A DNA stretch of 64,000 nt. Origin: Acidobacteriota bacterium (GTDB lineage Bacteria > Acidobacteriota > Vicinamibacteria > Vicinamibacterales > UBA2999). The position numbers were made by a program, and so were the translations under genes. The stretch is taken from assembly GCA_016789705.1 (NCBI GenBank), contig JAEUQR010000005.1, positions 67,153 through 131,152 of the forward strand. The letters are read 5' to 3'. The notes beneath the pieces are model-generated. The model saw only the letters and a program-made list of their open reading frames with translations. It did not search any database and was not told the origin of the DNA. Shown here piece by piece: positions 38,074 to 49,288 of this stretch. The stretch's first letter is position 1, and every line of letters starts with the position of its first letter.

Positions 38074-39843
38074 TCACCGGGCCGCGCCGTCGAGCCAGAC
38101 GAGGACCTCGAAGGCGGCTCCGGCATCGCGTGCGGCGGGCGTCACGATGGTGCGCGGGCCGACGAGGATCGTCCGGCCCTCGCGGGCGGCGCGGCGCACG
38201 TCATCCTCGCAGACGAAGTCGGCCGGCGGACCCGCCGACACAGGGTCGAGCCGCGCCGGCGGAGGCGACGGAGCACCCCGCGCCGCAAGCACCCGGTCCA
38301 GACCCGCGCGGACGGCCTCGGCCGGCACGGCCTCGGGCGCCGCGGGCTGAGGCGCGCGTGGGAGCGGCGGCAGCGACGCGGCGACCGGGCCAGCGGCCGA
38401 CGCCGGGGCGCCCGCGGAAGCCATGACCGGTGCGCGGCTCGCGCCGCGTGGCCGCAGTTCCCAGGCCAGCCGCTTGATGTTCAGCAGGTGGCGCGGCGAG
38501 ATGTTGTCAGAGGTGATGTTACCGCCGTAGCCGCCGCAGCCGAGCGTCATCGCCGGGTCGAGTCCGGTCGTCAGCCCGATCGAACCGTGCGTCGTCGGCG
38601 TATTCACCACGATGCGAAAAGCCGGTTTGTGCAGGCCGAACTCGAGGATGACGGCCTCGTTGCGCGAGTGGATGGACATCGTGTGGCCCATCCCGCCGTA
38701 CTGGAGAACCTGCCGGGCCCGCTCGCAGCCCTCCCGCCAGTCCGCAACCTCGTAATAGGAGAGTACCGGGCAGAGCTTCTCAATCGACAGCGGATGCTCG
38801 CGGCCCACGCCCGCGAGCGGCACGATGAGCGCGCGCGTGCCGGCCGGCACCTGGAGCCCGATGGTCCCGGCGATGTGCACGGCCGACTTGCCGACGAGCG
38901 CCGGGTTCGGCAGGCGTTCCGCCGTGACCAGGGCGGCCTGCAGCGTCGCGGCCGCGGCCGCGTCGAGGAAGTGGCCGCCGCCGGCCACGAGCGCGGCGCG
39001 CAACGCCGGCGCCACGGCGCGGTCGACGACGATCGAATTCGGCGACGAGCAGAGCACGCCGTTGTCGAATGACTTGCCGGCGAGGATGTCGTCGGCGGCC
39101 TTGGCGACATCGGCCGATGACTCGACGTAGCAGGGCGCGTTGCCCGGCCCGACGCCGTAGGCGGGTTTGCCGGCGGAATACGCGGCGCGCACCAGCCCCA
39201 GTCCGCCGGTTGCGAGAATCACGGCGATATCCCGCGCGCGCATCAGTTCCCGTGTGCCGTGCAGCGTTACGGTCGTGAGCCAGGCGATCGCGCCCTCGGG
39301 CAATCCCGTCTCGCGGGCAGCGTCATTCAGCAGGGTCGCCGTGTGCGTGATGCAGCGGGCGGCCGACGGGTGCGGACTGAGCACGACGCCGCACCGGGCC
39401 TTGATGCTGATGAGCAGCTTGTAGATGGCCGTCGACGTCGGGTTGGTGGACGGCACGATGGCAGCGACCACGCCAAACGGCTCCGCGATTTCGACGATCT
39501 TCCGGTCCTCGTGCCGCGCGACGACGCCCACCGTGCGCATCGGCCGGATGAACGCGTGCACGTCGCGGGCGGCGAACAGGTTCTTGGCGACTTTGTCGGC
39601 GACGACGCCGTAGCCGGTTTCTTCGACCGCGAGGCGGGCGAGCGGCTCGGCGTGGGCTTCGGCCACGGCGGCCATACGGGCGACGATGGCGTCGATTTGG
39701 GCCTGGGAGAACTCGGCGAGGAGACGCTGGGCGGCCCGGGCCCGGCGTGCGAGCGCCAGGGCCTCGGCCGCCGACGCCAGGTCACGGTCGGTCAGGTTCG
39801 GGGGGGCTGCGGGCGCCGATGCGCCGGACGCGGAGCTCGCCAC
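38074..39843 (-). CDS. CoA-acylating aldehyde dehydrogenase with 124-aa C-terminal extension
   Basis: The ALDH fold covers residues ~20-465, with GPGNAP and the active-site block GKSFDNGVLCSSPNS (Cys265), which looks AdhE-N/SucD-like. GTG start lies 6 nt after the BMC-H stop. The extension spans residues 466-589. Confidence 0.85.
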   Translation of the reverse strand: MASSASGASAPAAPPNLTDRDLASAAEALALARRARAAQRLLAEFSQAQIDAIVARMAAVAEAHAEPLARLAVEETGYGVVADKVAKNLFAARDVHAFIRPMRTVGVVARHEDRKIVEIAEPFGVVAAIVPSTNPTSTAIYKLLISIKARCGVVLSPHPSAARCITHTATLLNDAARETGLPEGAIAWLTTVTLHGTRELMRARDIAVILATGGLGLVRAAYSAGKPAYGVGPGNAPCYVESSADVAKAADDILAGKSFDNGVLCSSPNSIVVDRAVAPALRAALVAGGGHFLDAAAAATLQAALVTAERLPNPALVGKSAVHIAGTIGLQVPAGTRALIVPLAGVGREHPLSIEKLCPVLSYYEVADWREGCERARQVLQYGGMGHTMSIHSRNEAVILEFGLHKPAFRIVVNTPTTHGSIGLTTGLDPAMTLGCGGYGGNITSDNISPRHLLNIKRLAWELRPRGASRAPVMASAGAPASAAGPVAASLPPLPRAPQPAAPEAVPAEAVRAGLDRVLAARGAPSPPPARLDPVSAGPPADFVCEDDVRRAAREGRTILVGPRTIVTPAARDAGAAFEVLVWLDGAAR

Positions 39844-39849
39844 GGCGGG

Positions 39850-40128
39850 CTATCCCTTCGGGAGGATCTTCTCGACGTCGGCGTGGGGCCGGGGAATGAC
39901 GTGCACCGACACCAGTTCGCCCACCCGGCGGGCCGCGGCCGCACCGGCATCCGTGGCCGCTTTCACGGCGCCGACGTCGCCTCGCACCATGACCGTGACG
40001 TAGGCGGCGCCGATGTACTCGGTGCCGACCAGCACGACATTGGCGGCTTTCACCATGGCATCGGCGGCTTCGACCGAACCGATGAAGCCACGCGTCTCGA
40101 CCATGCCCAGAGCGCCTTGTGTATCCAT
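39850..40128 (-). CDS. bacterial microcompartment shell protein, BMC-H (PduA/EutM-like)
   Basis: 93 aa: [92 protein letters not shown]. It is collinear with PduA over essentially the full length. The start is the internal ATG of track ORF 39850..40227. Confidence 0.92.
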   Translation of the reverse strand: MDTQGALGMVETRGFIGSVEAADAMVKAANVVLVGTEYIGAAYVTVMVRGDVGAVKAATDAGAAAARRVGELVSVHVIPRPHADVEKILPKG

Positions 40129-40215
40129 GTGCGAACACGGCGGGTGCCGTACGGCGCGGAACTGTACCACAAACCTCTGCCGGCGCGGTGGCGCCGACCC
40201 GCCGTAGGCGCTATC

Positions 40216-41127
40216 ATGTTGCTTCACAAGACTATGTACAACTTCAAGACCATCCGCCCGGCCCTCGCGATCGTGATCGCGCTCGGCCTCGCGGCCGCCG
40301 GTTGCGGCGGCCAGGAAGACACCGCGCCCGCACAGGGCACGCTGACCGTCCAGCTCAGCCGCTCGCGCATCGCCCTCGGCAGCCCCGTCGAGGTCACCTA
40401 CAAGTTCGTCGTCGCGGCCGACGCCGGTTCACTCGGCAACCGCAAGGCCTTCGTTCATTTTCTCGACGCCGACGGCGAGCAGATGTGGACTGACGACCAC
40501 GAGCCGCCCACCCCGACCGCGGGCTGGAAGCCGGGCCAGACGATCGAATACACCCGCACCGTCTTCGCGCCGGTGTACCCGTATGTCGGGCCGGCGAAGA
40601 TCGTGGCCGGCCTCTACGACACGACCTCGGGCGAGCGCCTGAAGCTCTCGGGCACCGAGGCCGGCGGCCGCGCTTACGCGGTGGCCCAGTTCGAGTTGCT
40701 GCCGCAGACCGCGAACGTGTTCCTCATCTTCAAGGACGGCTGGCACGCCGTCGAAGCCGCGGCCGATAACTCCATGGTGGAGTGGCAGTGGACGAAGAAG
40801 GAAGCGACGCTCGCGTTCAGGAATCCCCGGCGCGACTCCACGCTCTACTTCCAGGCCGACAACCCGGGCAAGGCGGCCACCGCCGCGACCCAGGTCGAAA
40901 TCCGGCTGGGTGACCAGGTGATCGAGACGGTCAAGCTCGTGGCCGATGGTCCGGTGCACAAGATTGCCCTGCCGGCGGCGGCGCTCGGCGCCGGCGACAT
41001 GGTGGAGCTCCGGCTGGTGGTCGATCAGACGTTCGTCCCGGCCCTCGAGCCCGGCGCGGCGTCCAACGATCCACGGGAACTCGGCGCCCGCGTGTTCCAC
41101 GCCTTCGTGCAGCCGCAGGGGTCGTAG
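40216..41127 (+). CDS. lipoprotein of unknown function, first gene of the filament operon
   Basis: ATG40216 or ATG40234. Lipobox LGLAAAGC, a beta-rich body, and no recognisable family. Ends 12 nt before the GspF/PilC gene. Confidence 0.5.
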   Translation: MLLHKTMYNFKTIRPALAIVIALGLAAAGCGGQEDTAPAQGTLTVQLSRSRIALGSPVEVTYKFVVAADAGSLGNRKAFVHFLDADGEQMWTDDHEPPTPTAGWKPGQTIEYTRTVFAPVYPYVGPAKIVAGLYDTTSGERLKLSGTEAGGRAYAVAQFELLPQTANVFLIFKDGWHAVEAAADNSMVEWQWTKKEATLAFRNPRRDSTLYFQADNPGKAATAATQVEIRLGDQVIETVKLVADGPVHKIALPAAALGAGDMVELRLVVDQTFVPALEPGAASNDPRELGARVFHAFVQPQGS

Positions 41128-41139
41128 CGCCACCAGATC

Positions 41140-42342
41140 ATGGAGTTTCGCTGCAGGCTCGGCACCGCGGCAGGGCAGGTCATCGAGGGCGTGTATGTCG
41201 CCCCGAGTGAGGCCCACCTGCGCCGCGAGCTCGAAGACAAGGGCCTGCATGTGCTCGCCCTGGCGCCGCGCGGCGGCGTGCAGGGGCTTTCGATCGGCCG
41301 CCGGAAGATCCGCCGCGACGAGTTCCTGATCTTCAACCAGGAACTGGCCACGCTGCTCAAGGCCGGCATGCCGCTCGTGCAGTCGCTCGACATCCTGCGC
41401 CAGCGCCTCACGAATCCGGTGTTCAAGGCCGTGCTCGACGACGTGCACGAGAAGGTGCGCGGCGGCACGGCGCTCTCCGATGCGTTCACCGCCCACGCGG
41501 ACTTGTTTCCCGGCGTCTACACCGCGTCGCTCGTGGCCGGCGAACGCAGCGGCTCGCTCGACACGGTGCTGCGGCGCTTCGTGACCTACTCGAAGGTCAT
41601 CGACACCGTCCGCAAGAAGACCTTCTCGGCGATGCTCTATCCGGCCATCCTCACCGTGCTCGCGGTGGTGCTCGTCGCCATCATCGTGGTGAAGGTGGTG
41701 CCGGCCTTCTCGGGCTTCTACGAGAGCTTCGATCAGGAACTGCCGCTCATCACGCGGCTGATCGTCGCCGTCTCGGACGTGGTGCGTGCGAATCTGCTCG
41801 TGCTCACCGCGATCCTCGTCGGCGGCGCCGTGTTCTTCGCCGCCTGGGTGAAACGGCCCGGCCAGCGGGCGCGCTTCGATCGGCTGCTGCTGAGCCTGCC
41901 GGTGGTGGGTGCCATCGCCCACAAGTTCGCCACCTCGCAGATTGCCCGCACGCTCGCCGCGCTCGTCGGCGGCGGCATTCCGCTCGTGAACGCGCTCGAT
42001 ACCGCCTCGACCTCGACCGGCAACCGGTATCTCGGCGATGAACTCCGCGTGGTGGCCGAACGCGTGCGCGAGGGCCGCGGCTTCGCCCAGACGCTGCTCG
42101 AGCGCCGGGTGATGCCGGATGTGGCCATCAAGATGATCGAAGTGGGCGAGTCGACCGGCGCGCTGCAGGAGATGCTGACGTCGCTCGCCGATTTCTACGA
42201 CGAAGACGTCGAAACCGAGGTGAGCCGCTTCGTCACGCTCGTCGAGCCGGTGATGCTCGTGTTCATGGGCGTGGTGATCGCCGGCGTGGTGCTGGCGCTC
42301 TACATGCCGCTCTTCCAGTTATCGACCGTGGTCGGTCGCTAG
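41140..42342 (+). CDS. type IV filament platform protein (GspF/PilC family)
   Basis: 400 aa with two T2SSF repeats (FNQELATLLKAGMPLVQSL; IARTLAALVGGGIPLVNAL) and three TM segments. Confidence 0.9.
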   Translation: MEFRCRLGTAAGQVIEGVYVAPSEAHLRRELEDKGLHVLALAPRGGVQGLSIGRRKIRRDEFLIFNQELATLLKAGMPLVQSLDILRQRLTNPVFKAVLDDVHEKVRGGTALSDAFTAHADLFPGVYTASLVAGERSGSLDTVLRRFVTYSKVIDTVRKKTFSAMLYPAILTVLAVVLVAIIVVKVVPAFSGFYESFDQELPLITRLIVAVSDVVRANLLVLTAILVGGAVFFAAWVKRPGQRARFDRLLLSLPVVGAIAHKFATSQIARTLAALVGGGIPLVNALDTASTSTGNRYLGDELRVVAERVREGRGFAQTLLERRVMPDVAIKMIEVGESTGALQEMLTSLADFYDEDVETEVSRFVTLVEPVMLVFMGVVIAGVVLALYMPLFQLSTVVGR

Positions 42343-42355
42343 GATTCCGCACCCG

Positions 42356-44004
<1,649 letters not shown>

Positions 44005-44008
<4 letters not shown>

Positions 44009-44952
44009 GTCTTCCGGCGTTCCTGCAGCAAGCCCCGCCCACCGTGGCCGTGGACCTGGCGCCCGAGCGTGTGGCCGTCGTCCGCGTCGAGCGGCGTGGC
44101 GGCACCGCCGCGATTGCCGCGCACGGCGTCGAGCCGCTGCCGCCCGGGGCGATCACCGGCGCGCTCGCCTCGCCGAACATGCCCGACGTGGCGGCCGTGG
44201 CGGCGGCCATCGGCCGCGCCCTCGCCACGGCCGGTGCGCGCGCGACGCGCGTGTCGCTCGTCGTGCCCGACACCATCGCGCGCGTGAGCCTCGTGCGCTT
44301 CGAATCGGTGCCGGCCAAGATCGCGGATCTCGACGAGCTGATTCGCTGGCAGGTGAAGAAGACCACGCCGTTCCCGCTCGACGAGGCCGTCATCGGCTAC
44401 ACGCCGGGGCAGTCGTCGCCCGGCGCCGTCGAGTTCGTCGTGACGGTGGCGCGGCGCGATGTCATCGAGCAGTACGAAGGCGCCTGTGAACTGGCGGGCG
44501 CGCACGCCGGCATCGTCGATCTGGCCACCTTCAACGTGGTGAACGCGGTGCTCGCGCCGGCGGGTGCCGTCACCGGCGACTGGCTGCTCGTCCACGCCGC
44601 CCCGTCGTATGTGAGCCTCGCAGTGCTGCGCGATGGCCATCTCATCTTCTATCGCACGCGTGGCGAAGAGTCGGAGGGGTCGGTGGCCGACCTCGTGCAC
44701 CAGACGGCGATGTACTACGAAGATCGCCTGCAGGGGCAGCGGTTCGGCCGCGTGCTCCTCTCGGGCGGCTCGACCGTCGCCGGCGCCGACCACCTGCGCC
44801 GCGAGCTCTCCGAACGGCTGGGGCTCGAGGTGGCGCCGGTCGATCCCTTCCACGCGGCGTCGCCGGCGGCGAGGCTGGGGGCGTCGCCGTCGCTGGCCGA
44901 CGCGCTGGCGCCGGGCATCGGCATCCTGCTCCGGGAAAAGGCGGCGTCGTGA
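44005..44952 (+). CDS. pilM: PilM-like actin-fold assembly protein
   Basis: 315 aa with a PilM-type pattern (VAVDLAPERVAVV..., LIRWQVKK..PFPLDEAV, VDLATFNVVNA). ATGA overlap with the ATPase gene. Confidence 0.8.
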
Positions 44953-45581
44953 TGCTGAAGGGTAATCTCGCGACCCGTCCCTTCTACAACGAGCGTCTCG
45001 TACGCGGCGCGCTCGTCGTCGCGCTGGCGGTGGCGGTGCTGTGGGCGGCGCTCAACGTCATCACGCTCGTGAGCCTGTCGCAGCAGAGCACCATGCTGAG
45101 CGACCGTATCCGCAACGAAGGGCTCCGCGCCTCGGGCGCACGCACCGAGGCCGACACGGTGCGGCGCGGCCTGAACGCGGCGGACCTGCAGCGGGTGTCC
45201 GGCGCGGCCACCGAAGCCAACGCGCTCATCGAGCGGCGTACCTTCTCGTGGACCGGGCTCTTCAACCAGCTCGAGACCACGCTCCCGGCCGACGTGCGGC
45301 TCGTGGAAGTGCAGCCGCAGAGCGACGACAGCGGGCGTCTCATCCTGTCGCTCACGGTGGTGTCGCGGAAGATCGAGGACCTCGACGAGTTCATCCGCGG
45401 CCTCGAGGCCACGGGCGCGTTCTCGGGGGTCGTCTCGCGCTCCGACGAGGCCCTCGACGACGGCTCCATCGCCTCGACCCTCCAGGGTTACTACGCCCTG
45501 GCGGCCAGGCCGGCCGTCGCGGCGTCTGAACCTTCGAACGTGTCCGTGACGCCCCCGCGGACGCCGGAGGTGCCCCGATGA
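44949..45581 (+). CDS. pilN: PilN-like bitopic inner-membrane protein
   Basis: NLATRPFYNER N-terminal motif, a single TM helix, a coiled-coil, and a ferredoxin-like C-terminus. GTGA overlap with pilM. Confidence 0.75.
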   Translation: MMLKGNLATRPFYNERLVRGALVVALAVAVLWAALNVITLVSLSQQSTMLSDRIRNEGLRASGARTEADTVRRGLNAADLQRVSGAATEANALIERRTFSWTGLFNQLETTLPADVRLVEVQPQSDDSGRLILSLTVVSRKIEDLDEFIRGLEATGAFSGVVSRSDEALDDGSIASTLQGYYALAARPAVAASEPSNVSVTPPRTPEVPR

Positions 45582-46168
45582 CCGCCAGCCGCGGTTCACT
45601 CGTCCGCCGCGTGCTCCGGGAGCACCGCGCGTGGATCTGGCCGCTCGCCGTACTGCTCGGGCTGAACGTGCTGGCGCTGATGCTCGGCATCCTGCCGATG
45701 TCGCGGGCGGTCGCGTCGGCGGAAACGCGGGCCACGACGGCCGCGGCCGATGCGGCGGCGGCGGCGGCGGAACTGGCAGCCGCGGCGGCTGCCCGCGACG
45801 GACGTGACACGGCCACCCGCGAGCTCGCGACCTTTCACGCCGACGTCCTGCCCGCAGGGGTGGCCGAGGCGCGCCGCCTGCTGCAGCTCAAGGTGGCGCA
45901 GCTCGCCCGCGCCCACGACGTCACCTTCGCCCGCAGCGTGGCCTCGCCCGAGTCGATCCGCGGCAGCGACCTCGCGCGCCTTCAGGCGAGCATCGAACTC
46001 GTCGGCCGCTATCGCGATGTCCGGCAGTTCCTCTACGAACTGGAGACGTCGAAGGACTTCGTCATCGTCGATTCGATCGTGCTCTCGGAAGGGGAGGACG
46101 CCGCGGCGCCGCTCAACCTGACGATCGTGCTCTCCACGTACTTCAAGGCGGTGCCGGATGCCCGCTGA
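45578..46168 (+). CDS. PilO/GspM-like bitopic inner-membrane protein
   Basis: One TM helix, an Ala-rich coiled-coil, and a C-terminal VGRYRDVRQFLYELETSKDFVIVDSI pattern. ATGA overlap with pilN. Confidence 0.6.
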   Translation: MTASRGSLVRRVLREHRAWIWPLAVLLGLNVLALMLGILPMSRAVASAETRATTAAADAAAAAAELAAAAAARDGRDTATRELATFHADVLPAGVAEARRLLQLKVAQLARAHDVTFARSVASPESIRGSDLARLQASIELVGRYRDVRQFLYELETSKDFVIVDSIVLSEGEDAAAPLNLTIVLSTYFKAVPDAR

Positions 46169-46715
46169 GCGGCAGAAGCAGGCGCTCGCGGCGCTGCTGG
46201 CGCTGCTCGTGGTCGTCGGTGTGTGGCAGTACATGGGCGGCGACGGCCCGGCCGCTCCGCAGGCGGCAGTCGCGGCGCGCCGCGCCGCGGCAGCCGAGAT
46301 GCCGGAGCCGCCGGGGGATGTGGCACTCGATGCGCTCGACGGGGGGCGGCTCGGGCCCGCTGACGGCGGCCGCAATCCATTCGTGTTCGGCCTGCGCCAG
46401 GTGACGGCGACCGATGATGGCGCGCGCCGGCCCGTCACGCGGCGGCCGGTGATGCCCGACACGGCGCCGGTGATGGCGCCGCCGGGGCCGCCGCCGCTGC
46501 CGCCGATCCCGTTCAAGTTCATCGGGCTCGTGGAAGGCACCGCCGGCACGAAGAAGATTGCCGTGCTCAGCGATTCCAAGGGGCTCGTGGTGCACGGCTC
46601 CGAAGGGGCTATCATCGACGGGCGATTCCGGATCCTGTCCATCGGAACCGAGTCGATCGACATCGCGTATGCCGACGGGCGTGGCCGCCAGACGTTGCGG
46701 CTGACCGGGCAGTAG
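46158..46715 (+). CDS. PilP/GspC-like periplasmic linker protein
   Basis: N-terminal TM helix, a Pro-rich linker, and a C-terminal beta module (FKFIGLVEG...KIAVLSD....V..GS.IDGRFRILSIG.ESIDI). Overlaps the previous gene by 11 nt. Confidence 0.45.
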   Translation: MPAERQKQALAALLALLVVVGVWQYMGGDGPAAPQAAVAARRAAAAEMPEPPGDVALDALDGGRLGPADGGRNPFVFGLRQVTATDDGARRPVTRRPVMPDTAPVMAPPGPPPLPPIPFKFIGLVEGTAGTKKIAVLSDSKGLVVHGSEGAIIDGRFRILSIGTESIDIAYADGRGRQTLRLTGQ

Positions 46716-46734
46716 CAGGACAACGGGAGAACGC

Positions 46735-49278
46735 GTGGCGAGATCAGGGATGCTGAAGGCCGTCGCCCTCGTGCTGGCCCTCGTGGTCGTGGCGGGCTGC
46801 GGCGCGAGTCGCTCCTACCGGCGCGGTCAGCAGGCGGCGAATGCCCAGCAGTTCGACGAGGCGGTGGAGCACTACCGGCAGGCGCTGCAGGGCTCGCCAG
46901 ACAAGCCGGAATACAAGATCGCGCTCGAACGGGCGATGCAGGCGGCGGCGACGTTTCACGTGGCGCGGGGACGCGCCTTCGAAACCGAAGGCCGCGGCGA
47001 CGAGGCCCTGCGCGAGTACCGCAAGGCGATGGAGTACGACCCGTCGAACCGGTCGGTCGCGGCGCGCGCCGGCGAACTCGACCGCGAGCTGAGAGATCGG
47101 CTCGAGGCCAGCCGCCCACGGCCGGCGATTGAATCGATGCGCGAGCAGGCGCGCCGCAACTCGCAGGAGCCGGTGCTCAACCCGACGTCGAAGGAGCCGC
47201 TCAACCTGCGCTTCTCGAACACGAGCCTGCGCGACCTGCTCAACTTCATCGGCAGTTCGACCGGGATCAACGTCACCTACGACCGCGACTTCCAGGACCG
47301 CAGCGTCACCGTGCAGCTCGAGGGTGTGACCCTCAACGAGGCGCTGCAGCAGGTGATGATGACGAACCAGATCTTCTACAAGGTGCTGAACGAACGCACG
47401 ATCATCATCGCCACCGACAACACGGCCAAGCGCCAGCAGTACGAGGAGCAGGTCATCAAGACCTTCTTCATCTCCCACGCCGACGCGGTGGAACTGGCGC
47501 AGCTCGTGAACACGGTGATTCTGGCGCCGCAGATGGCGATTCAGCCGCGCATCGCGCCGAACAAGACCGCCAACACGCTCACCGTGCGCGCCGCCGCGCC
47601 GGTGATGGAGATCATCGAGCAGGTCATCAAGATCAACGACAAGCCGCGCGCCGAGGTCATCGTCGACGTGCAGATCCTCGAGGTCAGCCGCGAGCGCGCC
47701 AAACGTTTCGGCCTGAACCTGACCGACTACGCGCTCGGCGGCATCTTCTCGCCCGAGCAGGCGCCCGGCGGCAGCTCCACCACCGCCGGCACGGGGGGGG
47801 CGGCAACGACCACGACCAGTGGCGGTGCGACTGCGCCGTCGAACGTCGGCTCGCCGCCGGTCTTCAACGCCAACACCATCTCCACCGGAGTCAGCGCGGC
47901 CGACTTCTATCTCGCCGTGCCGGCCGCCATCGTGCGGTTCCTCGAGAGCGACTCGCAGACCAAGACGGTGGCCAAGCCGCAGCTGCGTGGCACCGAAGGG
48001 CAGAAGGTCACGCTGAACCTCGGTGAAGAAGTGCCGGTGCCGAGCACCACGTTCACGCCGCTCGCGCAGGGGGGCGCCAACGCCAACCCGCTCACGTCCT
48101 TCACGTATCGCCCGATTGGCGTCATCGTCGAGATGACGCCGCGGGTGACCTACGAGGGCGACATCGTGATGGATCTCACCCTCGAGAACAGCGCGCGCGG
48201 GCAGGATTCGAACATCGCCGGTCAGTCGCTGCCGGCGTTCGCGTCGCGCAAGGTGACGACGCGGCTGCGGCTGCGCGACGGCGAATCGAATCTGCTGGCC
48301 GGGCTGCTGCGCGAAGACGAGCGGCGCGCCCTGCGCGGCTTTCCGGGCATCATGCGCCTGCCGCTCCTGCAGCAGCTCTTCGCCGACAACGACTCGAACA
48401 TCCGCCAGACCGACATCGTGATGCTGCTCACGCCGCGCATCGTGCGCTCGCACCAGCTCACCTCGTCGGACCTGAGCCCGATCTACATCGGCACGCAGGC
48501 CAACATGGCCGTGGGTGGTCCGCCGCCGGTCTTCGGCGGCAACGGCGCCGCGGCGCCGCCGCCGGCGCCGCAGCCTCAGGCGGCGGCACCGGCCGCGCCC
48601 GCCGCGACGCCGGCGGCCACGACACCGGCCGGACAGCAGGTACCGCCGGGGAGCTCGGCGACGCCCGGCTTCACCGCCGCGCCGGCCGCACCTGCCGCAC
48701 CCGCGCAGACGCCGCCCAACCCGTTCCAGTTCCTGACGCCCACGACGCCACCGGCCGCCGAGCCCACGGAGCCCGCCGCGGCGCCAGCCGTGCCGCCGCC
48801 GCAACAGGCCGGTGGCCAGCCGGCGCCGGTGAATCCCTTCGCGCCGCCGGCTGCGCAGACGCCGGCCACGGTGCTCGTGAGTCCGCCGGGCACGGAGTTC
48901 CGCACCGGCGGCGGACCCTATCTCGTGCCGATCTCGATCTCGAACGCGTCGCGACTCTCGACGGTCTCGATTTCGCTCTCATACAACCCCGCGGTCCTGC
49001 GGGTCCGCACCGTGCAGGAAGGCAATCTCATGCGCCAGGGCGGCGCGCAGGCGGCCTTCACGCAGAAGATCGATGCCGCCGCCGGACGCGTGGACATCGC
49101 CGTCGTGCGGCCGGGCGACGTGCTCGGCGCCTCGGGCACGGGTGTCGTCGGTGCCGTGCTCTTCGAGGCGGTGGGTGCCGGACAGTCTCCGCTGTCGCTG
49201 TCGGGCGTGGGCACGCTTGCCGGCGGGGGCGGCGCGGCGCCGTTCCAGTTCCAGCCGGTGACGGTGACGGTCAAGTAG
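46735..49278 (+). CDS. secretin (GspD/PilQ family) with lipobox, N-terminal TPR region and C-terminal cohesin-like module
   Basis: LVVVAGC lipobox, TPR-like repeats, N-domains, and a secretin core (GFPGIMRLPLLQQLF...VMLLTPRIV). A 120-aa Pro/Ala linker (48505-48864) and a 137-aa beta-rich module (48865-49275) follow. Confidence 0.85.
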   Translation: MARSGMLKAVALVLALVVVAGCGASRSYRRGQQAANAQQFDEAVEHYRQALQGSPDKPEYKIALERAMQAAATFHVARGRAFETEGRGDEALREYRKAMEYDPSNRSVAARAGELDRELRDRLEASRPRPAIESMREQARRNSQEPVLNPTSKEPLNLRFSNTSLRDLLNFIGSSTGINVTYDRDFQDRSVTVQLEGVTLNEALQQVMMTNQIFYKVLNERTIIIATDNTAKRQQYEEQVIKTFFISHADAVELAQLVNTVILAPQMAIQPRIAPNKTANTLTVRAAAPVMEIIEQVIKINDKPRAEVIVDVQILEVSRERAKRFGLNLTDYALGGIFSPEQAPGGSSTTAGTGGAATTTTSGGATAPSNVGSPPVFNANTISTGVSAADFYLAVPAAIVRFLESDSQTKTVAKPQLRGTEGQKVTLNLGEEVPVPSTTFTPLAQGGANANPLTSFTYRPIGVIVEMTPRVTYEGDIVMDLTLENSARGQDSNIAGQSLPAFASRKVTTRLRLRDGESNLLAGLLREDERRALRGFPGIMRLPLLQQLFADNDSNIRQTDIVMLLTPRIVRSHQLTSSDLSPIYIGTQANMAVGGPPPVFGGNGAAAPPPAPQPQAAAPAAPAATPAATTPAGQQVPPGSSATPGFTAAPAAPAAPAQTPPNPFQFLTPTTPPAAEPTEPAAAPAVPPPQQAGGQPAPVNPFAPPAAQTPATVLVSPPGTEFRTGGGPYLVPISISNASRLSTVSISLSYNPAVLRVRTVQEGNLMRQGGAQAAFTQKIDAAAGRVDIAVVRPGDVLGASGTGVVGAVLFEAVGAGQSPLSLSGVGTLAGGGGAAPFQFQPVTVTVK

Positions 49279-49288
49279 GAGGCAGGAC

